This document shows, in pieces, positions 1-9,713 of a stretch of DNA of 64,000 nucleotides. Numbering within the stretch: position 1 is the first letter of the stretch; every line of letters starts with the position of its first letter. The DNA lies in the NCBI GenBank assembly GCA_900770705.1, contig CAAGLF010000027.1, positions 6,784-70,783 on the forward strand, given 5' to 3'. A program made the translations under genes and the position numbers. The DNA is from Bacteroidaceae bacterium (GTDB lineage Bacteria; Bacteroidota; Bacteroidia; Bacteroidales; Bacteroidaceae). The notes under the pieces were generated by a model that had not been told where the DNA came from, did not search any database, and saw nothing but the letters and a program-made list of their open reading frames with translations.

Positions 1-903
1 TTCGGAACCATCTACCACATCACCTATCAGGCCGACCAGGACCTCGGTAGGGAGATCTCCCTCGTGCTCGACAGCGTGAACAGCACTTTCTCGCTCTTCG
101 ACGGGGGCAGCCTCCTCTCGCGTATCAATCGTGGGGAGACGAACCGCCTTGATGAAAAACTGATGGAAGTCGTGCAGACCACAGAGCGCGTTGTCAGCAA
201 GACGAACGGTGCCTTCGACCCCACTGTGGCACCGCTGGTAGAGGCCTGGGGATTCGGGAAAGGAGCGCCGCAGACCCTTACGGCAGTGCAGGTGGACAGC
301 CTGCGCCGGCTTACCGGATACGGCAGGGTGTGCCGCCTCGAGGGTACTGTCATCCGCAAGGCCGTGCCGGCCGTAAAGCTCGACTTCGGGGCGATTGCCA
401 AGGGCTATGGGGTGGACTGCGTGGCCCGTATGCTCCGGACCCGCGGCTGCAGAAATTTCCTGGTAGAGATTGGAGGGGAAATTGTCTGCAACGGCAGCAA
501 TGCGGATGGACAGGACTGGAAAATTGGCGTGCAGCGTCCCGACGACGCAACGGCAGAGTTGCAGACCGTGCTCCGGCTGACAGACGCCGCGATGGCTACA
601 AGCGGAAATTACAGGAACTATTATGTGAAAGACGGCCGCCGCATCGCACATACCATTGACCCGCGGACGGGTTGGCCGGTGAGCCACTCCCTGCTCTCGG
701 CCACGGTCGTAGCGCCGACTTGTGCCGAAGCCGACGCGCTGGCCACTGCCTTTATGGTGCTGGGAACCGACAGCGCCGCAGACCTTGTGGCAGCTGACAC
801 GCTGTTGGGCGCTTATCTGATTTTTGAAGCCGGCGGCAAGTTGCAGACGAAGGCCTTGGGGCGTCTCTCCAAGCTCTTCGACGGGAATGCCGACGGGCAG
901 TAG
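1..903 (+). CDS. apbE: FAD:protein FMN transferase (ApbE family), 5'-truncated by window
   Basis: Frame open from base 1 (FGTIYHITYQ...); motifs FDPTVAPL, LDFGAIAKGYGVD, EIGGE, ATSGNY, HTIDPRTG, ADALATA. Confidence 0.93.
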   Translation, partial: FGTIYHITYQADQDLGREISLVLDSVNSTFSLFDGGSLLSRINRGETNRLDEKLMEVVQTTERVVSKTNGAFDPTVAPLVEAWGFGKGAPQTLTAVQVDSLRRLTGYGRVCRLEGTVIRKAVPAVKLDFGAIAKGYGVDCVARMLRTRGCRNFLVEIGGEIVCNGSNADGQDWKIGVQRPDDATAELQTVLRLTDAAMATSGNYRNYYVKDGRRIAHTIDPRTGWPVSHSLLSATVVAPTCAEADALATAFMVLGTDSAADLVAADTLLGAYLIFEAGGKLQTKALGRLSKLFDGNADGQ

Positions 904-914
904 CATTCCTTCTG

Positions 915-1574
915 ATGGCAGAATCGTTTTACGCAAGGGTACTTTCGTTGCCGCTGTTCCAAGGTGTGAGCAGCGGAGACCTGTTGCGCCTGGCCGGCAC
1001 GGCCAAGTTCGACTTCCGCACGGAGCGGGGCGGGAAACTCCTGACGGCACAGGATGAAACGTGTCAGAGCCTGCTCTTTCTGATAGCCGGCGAGGTGGAA
1101 GCCGAACGCCTGGAAGACGGCTGGGCGCTGTCGGAAGTGGTGCGGGCGCCTTCGGTGCTGGGAGTAGACTGCCTGTTCGGACTCTCCGTGCGGCACACCC
1201 ATTCCCTTCGGGCCCGCGGCAATGTCAGTCTGCTGGAGACCGACAAGCGTACTGTGCGCGAAGTGCTGTTGCAGAACGCGACTTTCCGCATCAACTACCT
1301 GAATCTGCTCAGCAGCCGCGTCCAGAAACTCCGTATGTGGGCGGCGCAGCCCCTTCCTGACATAGCAGCCGGGCGTCTGGCCCGCTTCCTCCGTCCGCTC
1401 TGCCTGAACGAAACGGGAGAGAAGCGCTTGTGTGTGCGTCAGGTGGACCTGGCCCGCCTGTTGGCCCTGCCTGTCGAAACGCTGGCCCATACGTTGCAGG
1501 TGATGAACCGGAAAGGCTTGCTGCAGACAGGGCGCGGCCGCTTGGTCATCCCCCAACTGGAAACTCTGGGCTGA
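915..1574 (+). CDS. Crp/Fnr-family transcriptional regulator
   Basis: LPLFQG start, cNMP-binding-like beta domain (LLFLIAGEV), C-terminal HTH-like region (QVDLARLL...ETLAHTLQVMNRKGLL). Confidence 0.82.
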   Translation: MAESFYARVLSLPLFQGVSSGDLLRLAGTAKFDFRTERGGKLLTAQDETCQSLLFLIAGEVEAERLEDGWALSEVVRAPSVLGVDCLFGLSVRHTHSLRARGNVSLLETDKRTVREVLLQNATFRINYLNLLSSRVQKLRMWAAQPLPDIAAGRLARFLRPLCLNETGEKRLCVRQVDLARLLALPVETLAHTLQVMNRKGLLQTGRGRLVIPQLETLG

Positions 1575-1630
1575 CGCCGTTGGCCGCTGACGGATGTAGA
1601 GCCCTGTTGCAGCCAGTCTGCATTTCCTAT

Positions 1631-1665
1631 CCCCCCAGAGAGCGACTCTTTGGGGGCTTTTATTT
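1631..1665 (+). terminator. Intrinsic terminator after Crp/Fnr gene
   Basis: CCCCCAGAG(A)...CTCTTTGGGGG hairpin followed by CTTTTATTT. Confidence 0.6.
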
Positions 1666-1704
1666 GTAATTTGTTTTGTCAAAAGGAAAGAAATTCCCTG
1701 TTCC

Positions 1705-1720
1705 TGTAAACTTTTTTACA
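1705..1720. promoter_or_regulatory. Palindrome TGTAA-N6-TTACA upstream of gltBD promoter (candidate Crp-family site)
   Basis: TGTAAACTTTTTTACA seen directly; geometry matches Crp (TGTGA-N6-TCACA) and NtcA (GTA-N8-TAC). Confidence 0.4.
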
Positions 1721-1760
1721 AATAAAGCGGCATTAATATATGATTTTGCCGGATTTTTAT

Positions 1761-1768
1761 TACTTTTG
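1761..1768 (+). promoter_or_regulatory. Bacteroidetes -7 promoter element for gltBD
   Basis: TACTTTTG matches TAnnTTTG in AT-rich intergenic DNA. Confidence 0.7.
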
Positions 1769-1878
1769 CGCTCAAATTAATACGTAGGCATATTGCCCGG
1801 CTGCCATCCTGCTGTTTGCGAGTAGGGCGGTCGGTTGCCATAACGGCAGGCAATGAGCGCCTTACTCATACAACACAT

Positions 1879-4800
1879 ATGGAAACGAACCATTCCGAAC
1901 AAAAACTGAACCAGGGACTCTACAGTCCGGACTATGAACACGATGCCTGTGGCGTAGGTATGATTGTCAATGTCCACGGAAACAAGAGCCACGAGCTTGT
2001 CGACGCAGCGTTGAAAGTGCTGGAGAATATGAAGCACCGCGGAGCGGAAGGCGCCGACAACAAGACGGGCGACGGAGCCGGCATTATGCTCCAGATACCC
2101 CACGAGTTTATCCTCTTGCAGGGCATTCCTGTACCCGAAAAGGGCAAATACGGCACCGGACTGGTGTTCCTGCCGAAAGATGAAGCCCGCCAGCAGCACA
2201 TCCTGAGCATTATGATCGAAGAGATCGAGCGTGAGGGCCTCTCGCTGATGCACTTGCGCTCCGTTCCGGTCAACTCCGACATTTTGGGTAGTGCGGCCCG
2301 CGCCACAGAGCCTGACATCAAGCAGATTTTCGTCACTTCCGGCGGTACGCTGCCCGACAATCTGGAGCGCACATTATATATAATAAGGAAAAAGATCGAA
2401 CGTCGCGTCGACGACAGCGACTTCTATATCGTTTCCCTCTCTTCCAGAAATATCGTTTACAAAGGTATGCTTTCGTCCGTGCAGGTCAGGGAGTATTTTC
2501 CCGACCTGACACAGCCCTATTTCACCAGCGGGCTGGCCGTAGTGCATTCCCGGTTTTCCACCAACACCTTCCCGACGTGGTCGCTGGCCCAGCCGTTCCG
2601 CTTGCTCGCACATAATGGCGAGATCAACACCATCCGAGGCAACAGAGGCTGGATGGAGGCACGCGAGGCCGTGCTTTCTACACCCGAACTCGGCGATGTG
2701 AAGCACATCCGACCCATCGTGCAGCCCGGTATGAGCGATTCGGCCTCGTTGGACAATGTGCTGGAGTTTTTAGTGATGTCTGGTTTGAGCTTGCCCCACG
2801 CCATTGCGATGTTGGTGCCCGAGTCGTTCAACGACAAGAACCCTATTAGCGAGGAACTCAAGGCTTTCTATGAGTACCACTCCATCTTGATGGAGCCCTG
2901 GGATGGTCCGGCTGCCTTGCTCTTCAGCGATGGACGCTATGCCGGCGGTATGCTCGACCGGAACGGTCTCCGTCCGGCCCGCTACCTTATCACGAAGGGC
3001 GATATGATGGTTGTTGCTTCCGAAGCCGGCGTCATCAACTTCGAAGCCGGCGACATCAAGGAAAAGGGGCGCCTGCAGCCCGGCAAGATACTGCTGGTAG
3101 ATACGCAGGAAGGGCGTATTTTCTACGATGGGGAGCTGAAGGAACAACTGGCGCACGCCCTGCCTTATCGCGAATGGCTTTCCAAGGGGCGTATAGAGCT
3201 ACATACGCTCAAGAGTGGACGCAAGGTGGACAACTCCATCGAACAGTTCGAGGAAAAGCTTCGCGTGTTCGACTTTACGCGCGAGGACATAGAGAGAACA
3301 ATCATCCCGATGTGTGTCAATGCCTCCGAGCCAGTTGCCTCAATGGGCAACGACACGCCGTTGGCAGTGCTCTCCGATCGCCCCCAACTGCTGTTCAACT
3401 ATTTCCGGCAGCAGTTTGCGCAGGTTACTAACCCTGCCATCGACCCGATTCGTGAGGAGCTGGTGATGTCGCTCACCGAGTATGTCGGCGCTGTCGGCAT
3501 GAATATCCTTGTTCCCGACGAGGGCCATTGTAAAATGGTGCGTCTGCCTCATCCCGTGCTCACCAATACGCAGCTCGACATCCTCTGTAATATCCGCTAC
3601 AAGGGCTTCAAGACGGTCAAGTTGCCTATGCTCTTCCCCGTAGCTAAGGGGCGCGCCGGCCTGCAGCAGGCTCTGTCGGATTTGTGTAAGCAGGCAGAGC
3701 AGTCGGTGACCGACGGCGTGAACTATATCGTGCTTTCCGACCGTGGAGTCAGCGATGAATATGCCGCTATCCCCTCGTTGTTGGCCGTCAGCGCCGTCCA
3801 TCATCATCTTATCTCCGTGCAAAAACGTGTGGAGACGGCGTTGATAGTGGAAAGCGGCGAGATACGCGAGGTCATGCACGTGGCGCTCCTACTGGGCTAT
3901 GGTGCCAGTGCAATCAACCCCTATATGGCGTTTGCCGTGTTGGACGACCTGGTGCGGCGCGAAGAGGTGCAAACCAATTACGAAACGGCTGAGAAAAATT
4001 ATATCAAGGCTCTCTGTAAAGGACTCTATAAGGTAATGTCGAAAATGGGCATATCTACCATCCGTAGCTATCGGGGTGCCAAAATTTTCGAGGCCGTCGG
4101 CCTTTCCGAAGAGTTGCTGAAGACCTATTTCGGCACAGAAATATCCACCATCGGCGGCATTCGTCTCGACGAAATAGCCCGCGACTATACCGCTTTCCAT
4201 CATCAGGGATTCTCCGGCCGCAAGGACAATATCGACTACGGCGTTTCGCCGCTTTGGAGGGGACGACGCGGCGAACTCTTGCCTTATGTCGGCCAATTTT
4301 CATATCGCAAGGACGGCATTCAACACGCCTGGAATCCCGATACCATTGCCACGCTTCAGCTGGCCACGCGCCTGGGTTCTTACAAGAAGTTCAAGGAGTT
4401 CACTCACCTTGTCGATGAGAAGGAGTCCCCCATCTTCTTGCGCGATTTCTTCGACTTCAGGCGCAACCCCATACCGTTGGAGGAGGTAGAACCCGTGGCG
4501 TCCATCGTGCGTCACTTCGTCACCGGCGCGATGTCCTTCGGCGCAATCAGCAAGGAAGCCCACGAAGCGTTGGCTTTGGCGATGAACAAGCTCGGCGCCC
4601 GGTCCAATACGGGAGAGGGCGGCGAAGACTCCGAGCGCTTCCATACCGACTTCGAAGGCATTCCATTGGGCAGTAAGACGAAGCAGATAGCCTCGGGGCG
4701 CTTCGGCGTCACCACAGAGTATCTCGTCAATGCCGAGGAGATACAGATTAAGGTGGCCCAGGGCGCCAAGCCAGGTGAGGGCGGTCAGCTTCCTGGCTAC

Positions 4801-6420
4801 AAAGTGAACGAAATCATTGCCCGAACCCGTCATTCCATCCCCGGAATTTCCCTGATCAGCCCGCCGCCTCATCACGACATCTATTCTATCGAGGATTTGG
4901 CGCAGCTGATTTTCGATTTGAAGAACGTAAATCCGCGTGCCGCCGTCAGTGTCAAGCTGGTGGCCGAGTCTGGAATCGGAACCATCGCGGCCGGTGTGGC
5001 TAAGGCCAAGGCCGATCTCATTGTCATATCCGGAGCCGAAGGTGGCACCGGCGCCTCGCCTGCTTCTTCTATGCGTTATGCGGGCATTTCTCCCGAAATC
5101 GGTCTCTCGGAGACGCAGCAGACGCTTGTTCGGGGCGGGCTGCGCGGACAGGTGCGCCTGCAGACCGACGGACAGCTCAAGACCGGCCACGACATCATCG
5201 CGATGGCCCTGCTGGGTGCCGAGGAATTTGCTTTTGGCACGACGGCACTCATTGTTTTGGGCTGTGTAATGATGCGCAAGTGCCATGCCAATACCTGCCC
5301 AGTGGGCGTTGCTACGCAGGATCCCAAGCTTAGGGAGCATTTCCGCGGCCATTATGAGTATTTGGTCAACTATTTTCGCTTCTTGGCCGAAGAAGTGCGC
5401 GAATACCTGGCCGATATGGGATTCCGCCGGCTCGACGACATCGTCGGCCGCACCGATCTGATTACCTTGAAGCCCGCTCCGAAGGACTCCAAGGCGGCCT
5501 TGCTCGATTTCTCCCGTCTTCTCTATCGTCATCCCGACACTTCTATCGCCATTCACCACGTTACGGAGCAGCTCCACGCTCTCGGGGGCGTGAAGGACCG
5601 TGCCATTCTCTCCGCTGCCCGCGAAGCTATCGACGAGGGGCGCGAAGTGTCGCTCGAGTACGCCATTGGGAATACCGACCGCTCAGTAGGGGCTATGCTC
5701 AGCGGAGCTGTGGCAGCCAAGTACGGCCAGGCCGGACTTCCCGACGAAACTATCAATGTCAAGTTCAAAGGTTCGGCTGGTCAGAGCTTCGGTGCTTTCC
5801 TTGTCCGCGGCATTACCTTCAAGCTTGAGGGCGAGGCCAACGACTATCTCGGCAAGGCGCTCAGTGGAGGCCGTATCAGTGTGATGCCTCCCATCCGTTC
5901 GAATTTCGAAGCGGACCGGAACACGATTGCCGGCAACACTTTGCTCTACGGAGCCACCGGAGGAGAGGTCTATATCAACGGTCGCGTGGGCGAACGCTTC
6001 GCTGTGCGCAACTCCGGAGCCATTGCCGTCGTCGAGGGAGCCGGCGATCACTGCTGTGAGTATATGACGGGTGGCCGCGTGGTCGTGCTCGGAGCTACGG
6101 GCCGCAACTTTGCAGCCGGTATGTCGGGCGGAGTGGCCTATGTGTGGGACAAAGACCACACTTTCGACTACTTCTGCAATATGGAGATGGTGGAACTCTC
6201 GCTTTTGGAGGACTCCACGTCGCGCAAGGAGCTCCACGAACTCATCCGCCAGCACTATCTCTACACTGGCAGCCGTCTGGCGCGCACCATGCTCGACGAC
6301 TGGAATCGCTACGTCGACGACTTCATACAAGTGACACCTATTGAATACAAGCGTGTGCTGGCTGAAGAGCAAATGCGCAAGCTCCAGCAGAAGATTGCCG
6401 AGGTGCAGCGCGATTATTGA
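1879..6420 (+). CDS. gltB: Glutamate synthase large subunit
   Basis: EHDACGVG amidotransferase start, HSRFSTNT, FMN domain IKVAQGAKPGEGGQLPG, [3Fe-4S] CVMMRKCHANTCP, GXGXG C-terminus; ATG at 1879 preferred to 1816. Confidence 0.98.
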   Translation: METNHSEQKLNQGLYSPDYEHDACGVGMIVNVHGNKSHELVDAALKVLENMKHRGAEGADNKTGDGAGIMLQIPHEFILLQGIPVPEKGKYGTGLVFLPKDEARQQHILSIMIEEIEREGLSLMHLRSVPVNSDILGSAARATEPDIKQIFVTSGGTLPDNLERTLYIIRKKIERRVDDSDFYIVSLSSRNIVYKGMLSSVQVREYFPDLTQPYFTSGLAVVHSRFSTNTFPTWSLAQPFRLLAHNGEINTIRGNRGWMEAREAVLSTPELGDVKHIRPIVQPGMSDSASLDNVLEFLVMSGLSLPHAIAMLVPESFNDKNPISEELKAFYEYHSILMEPWDGPAALLFSDGRYAGGMLDRNGLRPARYLITKGDMMVVASEAGVINFEAGDIKEKGRLQPGKILLVDTQEGRIFYDGELKEQLAHALPYREWLSKGRIELHTLKSGRKVDNSIEQFEEKLRVFDFTREDIERTIIPMCVNASEPVASMGNDTPLAVLSDRPQLLFNYFRQQFAQVTNPAIDPIREELVMSLTEYVGAVGMNILVPDEGHCKMVRLPHPVLTNTQLDILCNIRYKGFKTVKLPMLFPVAKGRAGLQQALSDLCKQAEQSVTDGVNYIVLSDRGVSDEYAAIPSLLAVSAVHHHLISVQKRVETALIVESGEIREVMHVALLLGYGASAINPYMAFAVLDDLVRREEVQTNYETAEKNYIKALCKGLYKVMSKMGISTIRSYRGAKIFEAVGLSEELLKTYFGTEISTIGGIRLDEIARDYTAFHHQGFSGRKDNIDYGVSPLWRGRRGELLPYVGQFSYRKDGIQHAWNPDTIATLQLATRLGSYKKFKEFTHLVDEKESPIFLRDFFDFRRNPIPLEEVEPVASIVRHFVTGAMSFGAISKEAHEALALAMNKLGARSNTGEGGEDSERFHTDFEGIPLGSKTKQIASGRFGVTTEYLVNAEEIQIKVAQGAKPGEGGQLPGYKVNEIIARTRHSIPGISLISPPPHHDIYSIEDLAQLIFDLKNVNPRAAVSVKLVAESGIGTIAAGVAKAKADLIVISGAEGGTGASPASSMRYAGISPEIGLSETQQTLVRGGLRGQVRLQTDGQLKTGHDIIAMALLGAEEFAFGTTALIVLGCVMMRKCHANTCPVGVATQDPKLREHFRGHYEYLVNYFRFLAEEVREYLADMGFRRLDDIVGRTDLITLKPAPKDSKAALLDFSRLLYRHPDTSIAIHHVTEQLHALGGVKDRAILSAAREAIDEGREVSLEYAIGNTDRSVGAMLSGAVAAKYGQAGLPDETINVKFKGSAGQSFGAFLVRGITFKLEGEANDYLGKALSGGRISVMPPIRSNFEADRNTIAGNTLLYGATGGEVYINGRVGERFAVRNSGAIAVVEGAGDHCCEYMTGGRVVVLGATGRNFAAGMSGGVAYVWDKDHTFDYFCNMEMVELSLLEDSTSRKELHELIRQHYLYTGSRLARTMLDDWNRYVDDFIQVTPIEYKRVLAEEQMRKLQQKIAEVQRDY

Positions 6421-6463
6421 TTAATACACAAGTTTATATTTGTCCTAATTCCTGATCAAGAAA

Positions 6464-7816
6464 ATGGGAAATCCGAAATCTTTCCTTACTGTTCCGCGCC
6501 AGGAGGCCGGCTATCGTCCCGTCCACGAGCGCGTGGCCGACTACGGCGAGGTGGAACAGACACTCAATACCAGTCAACGCAAACAGCAGGCCGGACGTTG
6601 TATGGACTGCGGCGTGCCTTTCTGTCACTATGCCTGCCCGCTGGGCAACCGCCCGCCCGAGTTTCAGGACGCGATGTACAAGGGAAAGTGGCGCGAGGCC
6701 TATGCCATTCTTTCTGCCACCAACGACTTTCCCGAGTTCACCGGACGTATCTGCCCCGCACTCTGTGAGAAGAGCTGCGTGCTCAACCTTACGTTCGACC
6801 AGCCCGTTACCATTCGCGAAGACGAGTGCGCCGTAGTAGAGCGAGCCTTCCGCGAGGGCTATATCGAGGCCCGTACATATCCCCGCAACGGCCGCAGCGT
6901 GGCCGTTGTCGGCAGTGGACCTGCGGGACTGGCTGCCGCCAACCGCCTCAACCAGCTTGGCTATTCCGTCACCGTCTTCGAGAAGGCCGAACTGCCCGGC
7001 GGATTGCTGCGCTACGGCATTCCGAACTTCAAGCTCCAGAAGACGGTTATCGACCGCCGTCTCCGTATTATGCAGGACGAGGGTATCGTGTTCCAGACAG
7101 ACACGGAGGTCGACCTCTCCCGGCTTCCCGAGGGCTTTGAAGCCTATGCCGTCTGCACCGGAGCCCCCGAGGCACGCGACCTGCCTGTGCCCGGCCGCGA
7201 ATTGCGGGGCATACACTTCGCACTGGACATGTTGGCGCAGCAGAACCGCGTGCTGGCAGGCCAGACCTTCAAGAAAGACGAACTGGTCACGGCCAAGGGC
7301 AAGCGTGTGCTCGTGGTCGGTGGCGGAGATACGGGCAGCGACTGCATAGGCACCAGTCACAGGCAGGGCTGCCGCAGCGTCACGCAGATCGAGATTATGC
7401 CGCAGCCTCCCGTGGGACACAACCCCGCCACGCCTTGGCCGCAGTGGCCGCAAGTCTTGAAGACCACCAGTAGCCACGAAGAGGGCTGTACGCGCCGCTG
7501 GAGCCTGGCCACGAACCGCTTTCTCGGCACGCCCGACGGAAAAGTGTGCGGGGCCGAAGTAGAGGTAGTGGAGTGGCGCCCCAATCCCGAGGGGGGACGG
7601 CCGCTGATGTGCCCTACCGGGAAGAAGGAAGTCATCGAATGCGACCTCGTACTGCTCGCGATGGGTTTTCTCCGGCCCGTCCAACCTGAAGTTCCGGCCA
7701 ACGTATTCTTTGCCGGCGACGCAGCCACGGGCGCCAGTCTCGTAGTGAAGTGCATTGCCGGAGGTCGCAAGGTGGCCGCCGACATCGATAGCTATCTCTC
7801 CGGCCACACCGCCTGA
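6464..7816 (+). CDS. gltD: Glutamate synthase small subunit
   Basis: RCMDCGVPFC, GRICPALCE, GSGPAG, GGGDTGSDC; follows gltB. Confidence 0.97.
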   Translation: MGNPKSFLTVPRQEAGYRPVHERVADYGEVEQTLNTSQRKQQAGRCMDCGVPFCHYACPLGNRPPEFQDAMYKGKWREAYAILSATNDFPEFTGRICPALCEKSCVLNLTFDQPVTIREDECAVVERAFREGYIEARTYPRNGRSVAVVGSGPAGLAAANRLNQLGYSVTVFEKAELPGGLLRYGIPNFKLQKTVIDRRLRIMQDEGIVFQTDTEVDLSRLPEGFEAYAVCTGAPEARDLPVPGRELRGIHFALDMLAQQNRVLAGQTFKKDELVTAKGKRVLVVGGGDTGSDCIGTSHRQGCRSVTQIEIMPQPPVGHNPATPWPQWPQVLKTTSSHEEGCTRRWSLATNRFLGTPDGKVCGAEVEVVEWRPNPEGGRPLMCPTGKKEVIECDLVLLAMGFLRPVQPEVPANVFFAGDAATGASLVVKCIAGGRKVAADIDSYLSGHTA

Positions 7817-7842
7817 TTCTATCTGCGATCACCGCGAAACAA

Positions 7843-7920
7843 CAAAGGCGGAAAATCGAATTATCTCCGAGGAAATTCAAATTTTCTCGGAGATAATTTT
7901 TTCTGTCTCCGCACTTCTCC
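7843..7920. repeat. 21-bp-periodic array, copy 1 (gltD/TolC intergenic)
   Basis: Units at 7843 CAAAGGCGGAAAATCGAATTA, 7864 TCTCCGAGGAAATTCAAATTT, 7885 TCTCGGAGATAATTTTTTCTG, 7906 TCTCCGCACTTCTCC; perfect 13-bp IR 7859-7871/7886-7898. Confidence 0.8.
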
Positions 7921-8091
7921 GCGCTGCCGCGCCGTTCTTGCGTCCGGGCAGCGCGGGGAAGGCTCCGATGAGGCGGAAATGCGTAGGTCCCACGCCGGCT
8001 GTCCGTGCTCCCTGCGTCCCTATCCGCGGAAACATTGTCCCACTTTTTGGTTTTTAACGGGAATTATGGCACACTCCCCGCGAAAACTATG

Positions 8092-8099
8092 TAATTTTG
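8092..8099 (+). promoter_or_regulatory. -7 promoter element for TolC/HlyD/permease operon
   Basis: TAATTTTG matches TAnnTTTG. Confidence 0.6.
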
Positions 8100-8185
8100 C
8101 GACCTGCACGCCCCGAATCCGCATAGTTCGCAGAAGCAGGAGAGTAGGAGGGGAGACGGGAAACGTGTGTAAAAAAAGAGATGGT

Positions 8186-9661
8186 ATGAAACGAATACTT
8201 TTTCCGACAATACTGTTGCTGTTCGGCCTGATACAGAGCAGCCGGGCGCAGACAGTGCTTACGCTCGACAGCGTAAAGCGGCTGGCCCTCAGCGAAAGTA
8301 AAACGCTCGCCACCGCACGGCTTTCTATCGACAAGGCCGACAATGTACACCGCGCTGCCCGCACGCAATACCTGCCCAAAATTTCTGTCGTGGGCGGATA
8401 TATGCACACGGGCGACGAGCTCCACCTGCTCTCGTCGGCACAGCGCAATTCCCTTTCCGGGATGGGCACCACCTTCAGCCAGCAGATAGCCGGCGAACTG
8501 CAGCAGGCCGCTGGCGAAATCCTGACCCGCTATCCCGACCTGGCCCCCCTCCTTCAGCAGGCGCAGGACAAGCTGCCCGCGCTGGCGGCAGGAATGAATG
8601 CTGTGGGCAAAGACATTTCCGACGCTTTCCGCACAGATACGCGCAACCTCACCGCCGCGGCCATCATTCTGGCCCAGCCGCTCTATATGGGAGGAAAAAT
8701 CAGAGCCTACGACCGCCTGACCGAACACTCGCGCCGTCTGGCTGCCGAGCAGCTCCGCGAGGCGGAACACAATGTGCTGCTCGAGGCCGAACAGGCGTAT
8801 TGGCAGGTCGTATCACTGGCAGCCAAGAAGCGCCTGGCGCAGAGCTACAGGGAAGTGCTGGCGGAACTCTATGACGACGTGCAGAAGATGGTGGAACAGG
8901 GACTGGCCACGCGTGCGAATGCCTTGAGCGTAAGCGTCAAACTGGGCGAGGCCGAAATGACGCTCACCAAGGTCGATGACGGGCTCACCCTGTCCCGAAT
9001 GCTGCTCTGCCGACTATGCGGATTTCCGCTCGACACAGACTTGCGGCCGGCCGAGGAAGCCAGTGGAGACATCACCACGGAAGGCGAAAGACCCGTGCCC
9101 GACATCGCCGCTGCCCTGACACGCCGTCCGGAACTGCAGCAGCTCGAAGCAGTCGAGGCCATCTGTCGCGACAAAGTGCGCATAGAGCGCTCCGCCCTGC
9201 TGCCCCAGCTGTCGCTGACGGGCGGATACCTGGTGTCAAATCCCAATGTCCTGAACGGATTTCAGAAGAACTTCCGCGGAACATGGTCAGTAGGCCTCGT
9301 CCTGCAATTGCCCGTGTGGCACTGGGGCGAAACGCGCTACAAGGTGCGCGCCGCCGAGGCCGAAGCCCGCATGACGGGGCTCCGTCGGCTCGACGCGCAG
9401 GAGAAGGTGGAACTGCAGCTACGCCAGGAGACCCTGCGCCTGAAGGAAGCCGACCGGAAACTGGCCTTGAGCCGCGACAATCTCGCCGAAGCCGACGAGA
9501 ATTTGCGCGTAGCCCGCATCGGATTCCGCGAGGGAGTCATCTCAACGTCCGATGTGCTGGCTGCCACCGCCTCCTGGCTCCGGGCGCATTCCGATCTGAC
9601 CGACGCGCAGATCGATGTGCGGCTCTCGCAAGCCACCCTGCGCAAGGCAATGGGACTATAG
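8186..9661 (+). CDS. TolC-family outer membrane efflux protein
   Basis: Signal peptide MKRILFPTILLLFG...RAQ, helical OEP pattern (QPLYMGGK, AYWQV, RPEL); start moved to ATG 8186. Confidence 0.9.
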   Translation: MKRILFPTILLLFGLIQSSRAQTVLTLDSVKRLALSESKTLATARLSIDKADNVHRAARTQYLPKISVVGGYMHTGDELHLLSSAQRNSLSGMGTTFSQQIAGELQQAAGEILTRYPDLAPLLQQAQDKLPALAAGMNAVGKDISDAFRTDTRNLTAAAIILAQPLYMGGKIRAYDRLTEHSRRLAAEQLREAEHNVLLEAEQAYWQVVSLAAKKRLAQSYREVLAELYDDVQKMVEQGLATRANALSVSVKLGEAEMTLTKVDDGLTLSRMLLCRLCGFPLDTDLRPAEEASGDITTEGERPVPDIAAALTRRPELQQLEAVEAICRDKVRIERSALLPQLSLTGGYLVSNPNVLNGFQKNFRGTWSVGLVLQLPVWHWGETRYKVRAAEAEARMTGLRRLDAQEKVELQLRQETLRLKEADRKLALSRDNLAEADENLRVARIGFREGVISTSDVLAATASWLRAHSDLTDAQIDVRLSQATLRKAMGL

Positions 9662-9713
9662 CCCCGGCTTTGGCGTCAGAAACAGAAGTAAGAAACTATA
9701 ATTGCAGAGAGAT

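Noticed and set aside
4215..4280. Possible short insertion in gltB (KDNIDYGVSPLWRGRRG) with 8-bp IR TTCGCCGC/GCGGCGAA
   Set aside because: Cores are 20 rather than 21 bp apart and lack A/T tracts; insertion cannot be confirmed without an alignment
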